DNA of 63,619 nucleotides, filler included, from Diploschistes diacapsis (lineage: Eukaryota): NCBI GenBank assembly GCA_023645945.1. It is 10 parts of 10 records of this genome, joined end to end, with 100 filler letters (N's around TTAATTAATTAA, not from the genome) between each part and the next. Parts side by side here need not be neighbours in the genome. Positions count along the whole stretch, not along the records: positions 1 to 4,049 come from JALAIB010001792.1; positions 4,150 to 8,197 come from JALAIB010001793.1; 8 more parts are not named here. One strand, given 5' to 3'. How positions within the stretch are numbered: the first letter of the stretch is position 1; every line of letters starts with the position of its first letter. The notes under the pieces were generated by a model. That model saw only the letters and a program-made list of their open reading frames with translations. It had not been told where the DNA came from and made no database searches. Position numbers and translations under genes: made by a program. Positions 1-8,297 of this stretch are shown here, in pieces.

Positions 1-3000
1 GGAGAGGGGGAAGAGGGGGAGAAGAGTTCCGAGGGCGTGGCGAGGGTGCTTGTTACTGGTGTGGGTTCTGGCGCTGTGGTTGTTATAGAAGTGGTGGTGG
101 TGGTGGTGGTGGTGTTGCTGCTTGGTTCTTGAAGACGGTGCCAGGTGATCTCAAGCTGGAAAGAGAACTTGCAAGGTTGGTGGTCTGTGAGGCTTAGTTT
201 TTGGACTTCGAGGTCGAAAGCACGTTCGATGGTTTCAGAAGGCTGAACTGTAAGGCCTGCTGAGGGGATGGGGGTGACTTCTTTAAGGCGATTGAGAATA
301 CCGTGCTTAATATCTAGCTTCTTGAGCTTCGTGCTCGTGATCATTAGTGGCTCAGTGGCAAAGCAGCCTATTCTCGTTACCACAGACCAGTTTTGCTTTA
401 GACCTTGTGGCTGTTCGGCATCGTCAATTGTCTCGATATTGAAGTAGCTGGGCCAAGGGTCAGGATGGACGCGAGGTAGAAACTCGGAAGACGCTTCAAA
501 AGGCGCTATAATCTGGACTGTCTTTTTGACGGATTTGGAGATGGGAGTATGCGGGTCTGCCAATAACACATAGCTTGCTCGAATTTCAAAGGCATATTCA
601 ACCATGTCAGTGGTCGCTTGGAAATTGACTATCTCCTCTCGCGTCTTGCCGGGCTGAAGCTGGCCCAAGGCTCGGCCTTCTAAATCTAGTTCCTCAGCAG
701 GCCCCGAGGACCACTCGAGTTGCGGCGCATCGAGCCCGGTGAGACTGACATGGACTCTGATATCCACAATCTCGTTCTCCTCGTTTCTTAGCTCTAGAGA
801 AATGGCAACACTTTCATTAGTATAGTATGCCTCCTTGAAATCTGGCAGCTCAATCTGAAGCTTTGGGGGCTTAGGAAGGACCTCCACAGTACAGTGGTGC
901 TCCAGATCCAGCCTTTGCCGAGCCAATGTCTTCTCCTTGCAGGACCACCAATCAGTCCGAGCCGGCAATTCTTGCAATTTAACTCCAATATCGAAGTAAA
1001 AGGCCTCTTCGCGTACGCTGAGGACTGCTTGAGCTGCGCGTACTTCGCCAGCATCTCGCGGGGTCAGCTGCAAAGAGAACACCTTTTTAGACCCTGGCTT
1101 GAAGCTCAGATCTGCGGCACTAGCCATGGAAAGAGGGATTGAGGGTGTTGTTGGCGAGGACGGCTTCGTTGAGACTGTGGACTCGCTAACCATAATGTCA
1201 AAAAGCTCGCTCAAGCCATCATTACTCGCTCCAGCTGGTTCAATCTCTTCATTATGGGTTATGACAACCCCTCTTAGACCACCGTCGAAGGTCAATTCAA
1301 TCTCAGATAGTAAAATTGGAGCCGAATCGTGCAATGCACAAGAGAAAACGGTTAGTTGAGCGGGAAGTGGGTCGCCAACGTGACCGCCCTTCATGCCAAA
1401 TGTGAACGAAGCGCATACTACTTTCTGTAAGCCCGAGCATCACAGGGGCCTTATACGCCTACAGCAGGGAGCCAAGGAATCAAAGTCAACAATCGCGTAG
1501 GGTCGCTCCTCCATACTGAGGCCGTCTAAGCACTTTGAGAAGTCATGTCTCACGGTTCCTGGCGACAGCACTACACATTGTGAGCAGTCATAGGAGATAA
1601 GGATCGGAACATACAATTACTGTGCAACTCCCATTCCACTGCCACCAAGGTTTCTCCATCGGACAGGTGACGCGCACAAGCCCTTACTGCCCAACTAACT
1701 TCCTCGACCAAGTTCCACCATCCCGTTCTACGCCAGCTCAGATTCTGCCACAGCGGCTTCAATAGTGTCCACGCTCGTTCCCAGTGCCCTGATTTCATAA
1801 ATTCACCAGCGACCTCGAATCCCGCTCGCTCGACAGCGCGGGTCTGTTGCCGCTGGGAAAAGTGGACTGCAGCTTTGCCAAGAGTTTCGATGAGCAATGC
1901 GCTGTGATCAAAATGTTCTTTCAACCCATACTCTAGGTGGGGTTCAGGACACAGATAGGTATCGTATTGGTGAGCACGACTGGCGATCGTCGAAGCTGGA
2001 GACTGTCCTGGCGCATTACGGTCTTCGAGCGGCATTGTTGCAGCTAGTCTCCGTCGTACCCTCGTGCGATTGGCAGCCCTCCGGTACCAATACCCTTCAT
2101 GGTGTAACAAATCCCAAGGTGGGAGACGGTCTTCGTTGGCAAACGACTTTTCTGGTATGGCGTAAATATCTGGGACTTCGAAGGCTTCGGGATTAGTGGG
2201 ATTGGCCTTTGAAGCTTCGGGAACGTGGAAGATTGGAACGTCAACCCGTTCTATCAACTCGGCCATGACTGAGGACCACCTCGCCTCCCATGCTTGCCAT
2301 CCGTAGTTGTTTGAACCTTTGCCTTTTCGGTCGACAAGCTCGAGCATCCTATAGCGATGGTTCGCCCAAGACTGCGCCGCCGACGTAGTTTGACCCGTCC
2401 AGAGAAGACAGCGCAGGATACGCACAGCAAGAACATCGGCCAGCATCCGAGCATCGTTGAATCGAGGACTCCAGCTCGAGATGCTCTCAAAAACCTCCCC
2501 GTCCACAAGCATTTCGTAAGCAGCTTCGTAGTTGCGCCCCGCTTGGTCCATCTCCTGCCTAAACTCGGCAAAATATCCCATCTTCGTCTCATACCGGACA
2601 TTCCATCCCTGAACGGAGAGTGTCTGGGAAGTGCCAGTTGTAGGAGCTACTGTGGGCGGAGGGATAGCGCTACGACTTCTCTTTCGTCTCGCATGCTTAG
2701 AGAGCTCTCTATAGTAATCAAGGCAAGTGGGCTGAAGAGAAGCTAGAACAGTGCCGACGAAAGCGCCAACTTCCATGACAGACTGATCATAAGGTAAAAG
2801 AAACAAAGATCTGGGGTCCATGTTCGTGCCTCGACGAATGTTCCCGAGACGGTCATTTGTCAGCATCTCAGAGCCCTCCCCTTCCGCAACAAGTACTACA
2901 ACAAGGCGAAACTTGTAGGATGACGATGTGATGGAAGTTCTTAGAGCGTTGATCTCTGTCTTTAGCTTATTGTCTTGCAGGGTACTGCTGCCGAGATCCA

Positions 3001-3637
3001 TAGTGAAGTTGAAGAAGGCCACAACCGCGGAGGGTAACAGCTGCTGGTGCTTAGAAAACCAAAGAGAAGTCATAATTCCGTCTGGGTAGGTAGGCGAATC
3101 AGGAGTGAGCGGAGATAATGGCGAGTGGAGGACTTGAGCTCCTGACGGTCTCCGAGCATATTTAGAAGTCTCTGCTTCCATGCTCGAGGGCGCATGGGCC
3201 TTGCGTGGCGGCAGAGTAAAAGCCTTGATGCATGTCAGTACTAACCAAGGAACGTCAAAGCGGATAGAAAAGCTGCTGTTCTAAGTGCCGAAAGACCAGA
3301 TTACGCGACAGATTGAGAAGGAAATTTATGGTAGGGGAGCCTGACCTACCCTCCCAACCGTCCGATATGTGAAACCCGTCGTTCCCATCTTGCCTTTTCC
3401 AGGACGATTATTCCACGAAGCATTCCAGGCATCAAAGTCATGGAAGCTACTCAACAGCTGCTCCGCAACAGGGCCGGTCACGTTGGGAAGGTCGCAGGAG
3501 ATGTAGATTCCCTTCTCCTGTAAGAAAGGAAAGCTTTTCTCAGACTCCAATGGCGGTCTTGACTGCGTAGAGCCCAGGCCAAACAACACAACGAAGGGTA
3601 AGTTGTGGCCGACATAGCTGGCGGGATATCCATCCAT
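1..3637 (-). CDS. TRAPPC11: TRAPP III subunit TRAPPC11 / Gryzun (foie gras domain); multi-exon, 3'-truncated at contig edge
   Basis: ORFs 3326-3637 (MDGYPASYV..HNLPFVV) and 1571-3181 (SPLSPLTPDSPTYPDG, GWNVRYETKMGYFAEFRQE) match the fungal foie-gras/Gryzun family; GT-AG introns near 3347, 1617 and 1463; the frame continues to position 1 (FLPRVHPDPWPSYF). Confidence 0.88.
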
Positions 3638-3913
3638 GTTGCTCGGACGGTGATTTGTGTTCGAGACCAGTGCCCATTGTCGTCTTTATCAGACTTTTTT
3701 CAGCTACAACTGTCATATGCAGAGCTCTTTCGCCAGGTCCGGCAGTTCGCAGGCGGCATTCTGAGTTCTCCAAACTGGATAGTAGTTGGAAATAGCTTCT
3801 TAGCCTCGTACACTAAGCATCTTTAATGACCCATTTCTGATGAGACGCTAATTCCGAAAAGTCCGAGGCTGCAAGGGTATGATTGCGTCAAATAGATCGA
3901 CTGCTAAAACTTA

Positions 3914-4049
3914 GGCCCTGTTTGGTGGTCAGCGTAGAGCATGCGTAGAGCCTCTACGTAGCTTGTACGAGGTCACATGACACTCTACGCTCCCACCAAA
4001 CGCCCCTTTTCATAGAGCGTCTACGTAGACGTCGTAGAGCGTCTACGCG
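3914..4049 (+). mobile_element. Left end of a PIF/Harbinger (Tourist-like) element, cut by the contig end
   Basis: TTA (3911-3913) followed by GGCCCTGTTTGGT; internal inverted copy CTCTACGCTCCCACCAAACGCCCC (3983-4006); repeated CGTAGAG/CTCTACG motifs. Confidence 0.55.
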
Positions 4050-4149
4050 NNNNNNNNNNNNNNNNNNNNNNNNNNNNNNNNNNNNNNNNNNNNTTAATTA
4101 ATTAANNNNNNNNNNNNNNNNNNNNNNNNNNNNNNNNNNNNNNNNNNNN
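4050..4149. other. Artificial contig linker N44-TTAATTAATTAA-N44 (first of nine)
   Basis: Identical 100-nt spacers with six-frame stops also at 8198-8297, 12338-12437, 16476-16575, 20607-20706, 24738-24837, 28855-28954, 32968-33067 and 59513-59612. Confidence 0.99.
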
Positions 4150-4486
4150 ATTAAATGAGATAATTTTAGATCGTTTATTTCTTTCTTTTCTTCCTTTTTC
4201 TTTTACTTTAATTTAATTACGTGAGTTTACCTTACGTGTACGTTACGAAGAACGTGATATCTTATCGGATCGTCGTTCTTAAGAAAGATAAAGTAATTAA
4301 AACTATAAGAAATAAAATACGATAATATAACAAGATAATTATACGTAAAATAAATTCATGCTAAAATTAATTACTAAAGAAAGAGAAGAAAGTAAGAAAG
4401 ACAAAATCCCCCTTTAAGTACCCGCAAGCCAAGACCCTGAGCGCCGCTTGTCCGACTCTTGGCATGCTCCTCGCTTGGCCTTACAT

Positions 4487-4563
4487 CTAGAACCTCCTAG
4501 AACCTTCGCGTCCACTGAATACTTAATCAGATAAACTAACCCATATAAATTAATAATCTGACA
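4487..4563 (-). mobile_element. Truncated Copia LTR 5'-end fragment (same subfamily as LTR 6512-7630)
   Basis: GAACCTTCGCGTCCA...TAATCAGA...CTAACCCAT...TAATAATCTGACA aligns by eye with 7556-7630. Confidence 0.7.
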
Positions 4564-5099
4564 GGTACCAAGTTTTTATCCTAAGTACATGCCTAGTGGC
4601 ATAGTGTACCGTGACGTATAAGCTACACAGACGGAAATAAGAGTAACCCAGCCTTTTAAAAACTAGTAGCCCTTATAATTTAAGAACATGTAGCATATTG
4701 TTCAAAATTCTTAAAAACAATACAAGTATTTCCTCGTTTCGTGCACTGATTAATTATAAGCCCGATATATCCATCATTTAAACAGATAAACGTAACTTAC
4801 AGGAAGCCCGGAAAGGCAATGGACGAATTTGTAACCTTTTGACTTCTGACAAATTCGGCTTTCAGGATTGCAGGTCTAGGTTTATATCAACTCGAGTTCT
4901 TCGCGTGAAGGACGTTACCTACACCTTTCCAGGCAATATCAGTGACTGCCACAGCGTAAACGTTTAGGTATATAGTAATCCAAAGAACGATAAAAACAAT
5001 CTGCATTACTAAACGCGGAGATAAGGTTCTTAAAAAAGGTTTATGGCCTATAAAATATTAGCAAACTAATCTTATTTCAAAATATAATATAACGTACTT

Positions 5100-5568
5100 T
5101 GTTAAAATTAGAAATGGGGTGACTAAATAAACAGTGATAACTAGTAAAATAAATAGCTTAAATACAATAATAATGTATTATTATTGTAGGAGGTAAAGAA
5201 TGAAGATGAAGATAACGTTAGTAAAGATGGAAGGTGAGAGGTCTTTTATAGACACACTTCATTTGACTAACGCTTGTTGATTAATAATACATTTAATCTC
5301 CGATAAATGTTGGATATGTAATCCAACATTATTCAACCCATAATCCAACATAATAGTGGATCCAATTTATCCAAATAGTGGATCCATGGTCCGAATATTA
5401 TTAGATCATTAATTCAATAATCTAGACCATCTGCAATCCTCTCTAGTAGTCTGTTCAACTGTTGCTAGTAGGACTGGTGATGTATCCTGAAGGGTTAGAG
5501 AACCTTCAGGGTCCTACTAGTGGCTAGTTAGACAGACAGACTAATCCATTTAGGTTAGTAATCTGATA
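5100..5568 (-). mobile_element. Copia-family LTR (RIP-mutated) truncating gag
   Basis: Reverse-complement copy of LTR 6782-7406 without its insert (shared CCACTAGTAGGACCCTGAAGGTTCTCTAACCCTTCAGGA); minus-strand termini TATCAGATT (mutated TGTCAGATT) ... TTAACA; no clean TSD or PPT. Confidence 0.85.
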
Positions 5569-6322
5569 GTACGTCTTGGTATCCTTTTTGGATGTTTGCT
5601 GTAGCATTCAGCAATATCGTGTCCTGGCTTATCGCAGTAAGCGCATATTCTTGCTTCCCTTTTTGGTCCAGCGCTTGTTGATCCGCGGCTATCGCTTGGT
5701 CGGCTAGCTAGCGCGATTTCGGTGTTGATATTGCCCTTTTTGTTTTCAGCCGCATTGATTCGTCGATCAATTGAGAAAATATAGGATTTATTTCAATTTC
5801 CGGTGAATTATTGTTCTGAATCTGCTGAGTAATCATAGCTACTAACCCCTCATAATCTTCAGTAAGATTATTCAGGGTCCAGGCGGCAATGACTTTGTTC
5901 GGAATAATAATATTCCGTGCGGCTAAATCATCCGTGAGGTGCTTAATTTGATTGACGTAAGCTTCGATATTTCCTTTTTTGGCTAGCGTTGTTTCGAATA
6001 ACTGCATGCATAATGAAAATTCGGAGCTAAAACCTTTTGGCTCATAAAGCTGTTTTAGGGTGATCCAAGCTTCTTTCGGTCCGCGAATGTTCCGAATTTG
6101 TAATAAAGGTCCATCATCAAGACCTAACCGAATATAGGCTAGCGCTTTTTTTAGCACAGTTTCCCATTCGGCTAATTCAGTAGGATTTTCTGCCGAGGGG
6201 GTAGTGTTGATCATGACGTCATAATAACCCTTTTCGGTTAATACGGCCTCCATTCGCATGGACCAAACATCCCAGTTATCGCTTCCGCGTAATCTAGGGA
6301 TATTCATTGTTGAATGGCGCAT
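5569..6322 (-). pseudogene. gag: Ty1/Copia gag (UBN2/Retrotran_gag_2-like) with a frameshifted CCHC zinc knuckle
   Basis: ORF 5708-6322 has the Copia gag N-terminus (IPRLRGSDNWDVWSMRMEAVL...AWITLKQLYE); CAYCDKPGHDIAEC (CX2CX4HX4C) at 5604-5645 lies in the -1 frame; no pol follows. Confidence 0.88.
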
Positions 6323-6497
6323 TTTTGCTGAAGAGGGACTAGTGAGTTCCTATTTAGGACTAATGACTTCCTATTTGGGCGTAATAGGTCTTGTTTTTGC
6401 AAGGATAATTGAATTTGATTGGATCAGATGCCCCCAAGGTGCTGTGGTCTAACAACAGATATTTCGAACTAGAGTTGCCTAAATAGAAATAGTCGCT

Positions 6498-6511
6498 CCG
6501 GGCTCATAACT
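6498..6511 (-). promoter_or_regulatory. Primer-binding site of the Copia element (AGTTATGAGCCC)
   Basis: Immediately 3' of the LTR end on the minus strand; matches the GGTTATG(A/G)GCCC PBS of copia-type elements primed by a tRNA-iMet fragment, with one G-to-A change. Confidence 0.75.
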
Positions 6512-6781
6512 TATTGAAAGTGGAAGTGGGGTTCCTAAATAGGCAAAAGGACTAGGGAAATAAATGCTAAGCAGCTTGCATACAATAAAAAAGTATTATT
6601 ATTGTAGGAGGTAATGAATGAAGATAATTAACAAATGGATGGAGATTAAGATTGAAACTATAGATGGTGGGAAGTGAAAGATCTTTTATAGATACTTCCA
6701 CCTGATTATTACTTGTAATCAATATTATATCCGATCATGTTGGATCTCCTAATCCAACATTATTTGTCCCACAATCCAGCA

Positions 6782-7406
6782 TGTCAGATTACTAACCTAA
6801 ATGGGTTAGTCTGTCTGACTATTAGCCACTAGTAGGACCCTGAAGGTTCTCTAACCCTTCAGGACACATCACCAGTCCTACTAGCAATAGTTGAACATCC
6901 TACTAGTAGTCATGGACTACTGGGGAGGATTGCAGATGGTCTAGATTATTGGATTAATGATCTAATAATACTTGGACCATGGATCCAATAAATGTTGGAT
7001 AATTAGATCCACTATCAGGTTGGATTATAGGCCGAATAATGCGGAGATTACATATATTATTAATCCCTAAGCGTTAGTTAGGTGAAATGTGTCTATAAAA
7101 GACCTCTCACCACCCATCTCCATTCATTTATCTTCATCTTCTGTAACAGCGGGGGTAGTGCCTAATAGGTAGCACTATCCCACTGAGCCAAAAGACTAAC
7201 CACAATGCTTTCAGGAACCCCGAAAGCACTGTTTCCCTATTACACTGTATGTAGGTGCGCAGCTGTGGCAGCGGGGGATCTATGACCCTATAGGTCACAT
7301 CTTCATTCATTACCTCCTACAATAATAACACATTATTATTGTATGCAAGCCATTCATTTCACTAGTCATCACTGCTTACTTAATCACCCCACTTCCACTT
7401 TCAACA
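6782..7406 (+). mobile_element. Copia-family solo LTR with 5-bp TSD CAGCA
   Basis: TGTCAG...TTCAACA flanked by CAGCA at 6777-6781 and 7407-7411. Confidence 0.92.
7142..7299 (-). mobile_element. 158-bp solo LTR (short-LTR family) with 5-bp TSD TCTTC
   Basis: TGTAACA...GGTCACA flanked by TCTTC at 7137-7141 and 7300-7304; absent from the homologous LTR at 5100-5568; strand assigned from the PPT-bearing copy at 33143. Confidence 0.92.
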
Positions 7407-7680
7407 CAGCATAAATATTGGATCATTAATCCAAATATTGGATTAATAATCCAATAATCTAATCATCCTTCCTAGTAGCCTCCAGCTACTAGTGGAATAA
7501 TCGATTATTGCTATTAGGACCCTCGATAGTGTTGTATGAGGTCTAGACCAATTTAGAACCTTCCGGAACCTTCGGGTCCAACTAGTCGCTTAATCAGACT
7601 TACTAACCCATTTAGGTTAATAATCTAACAATTCCTCACCTGTTTTAATCGGACTTATTAATTTAATTCGTGGTAAATTA

Positions 7681-7769
7681 TGTTACGATCCAGGTAGCTA
7701 TGTGGTAGCACCTGGCAGGTCCCAGCCAATCCTTTGTATATAAGACCACTCACGGTGACGTCGGTCACG
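7681..7769 (+). repeat. Dispersed repeat, probable LTR relic beginning TGTTACGATC
   Basis: Collinear similarity to 20174-20281 (TGTTACGATC..GTGGTAG..TTGTATATAA..GGTGA..TCACG). Confidence 0.6.
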
Positions 7770-7912
7770 TAACTCCTGAACGAATTAAACTTTTATTTAA
7801 TCGGTTTAAATAAACGAATTAAATCTTCGCTTATTTAATTCAAATAGCGCTAAATATATAACGCCGCTTCATCACGAAAAGTTTTTGGCGGCGAAACACC
7901 GCGAAAATCCGC

Positions 7913-8095
7913 AAGGTTGGCGAAACTGGCGAAACCGGCGAGGTGGGCGACAGATAATGCGTTTAAGCGACTCGCCAACTTTCGCCAAAAGGTTTGGCGA
8001 AATACGGCGAAACTGGCGAAACCGGCGAAACCGGTGAAACTGGCGAAACTGGCGAAACTGGCGAAAGCTGGAGAAAGCTGGCGAAGATGGCGAGG
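7913..8095 (+). repeat. Array of ~9-nt (C/T)GGCGAAAC repeats with inverted copies
   Basis: Tandem units read directly at ~8005-8090; inverted TTCGCCA units at ~7972-7988. Confidence 0.85.
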
Positions 8096-8297
8096 GCAAT
8101 CATTTTTTTATTAATATATTACGTAAGCAAAAAAATTAATGAATTTAATATAATATTAATAATATTAATAATAATAATTAATTAATAATTATATAATNNN
8201 NNNNNNNNNNNNNNNNNNNNNNNNNNNNNNNNNNNNNNNNNTTAATTAATTAANNNNNNNNNNNNNNNNNNNNNNNNNNNNNNNNNNNNNNNNNNNN

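Larger units (their letters stand above)
6512..7630 (-). mobile_element. 5' LTR of the Copia element, interrupted by a nested solo LTR
   Basis: Minus-strand termini TGTTAGATT (7630) and TTTCAATA (6512, mutated CAACA), followed by PBS and gag; halves 6512-6781 and 7407-7630 are split by the insert. Confidence 0.85.

Noticed and set aside
7142..7299. Hammerhead or hairpin ribozyme (retrozyme) in the short LTR
   Set aside because: No CUGANGA core on either strand; GAAACA is present but the partner GUAUAUUAC-like loop is absent.
5100..7630. Complete gag-only element bounded by LTRs at 5100 and 7630
   Set aside because: The LTRs belong to different subfamilies, no PPT precedes 5568, and the outer flanks (TACTT versus ATTCC) are not a TSD.
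7872..8185. ORFs with GET/AKL/RQF repeats
   Set aside because: They are translations of the 9-nt tandem array, open in several frames; no evidence of a real protein.
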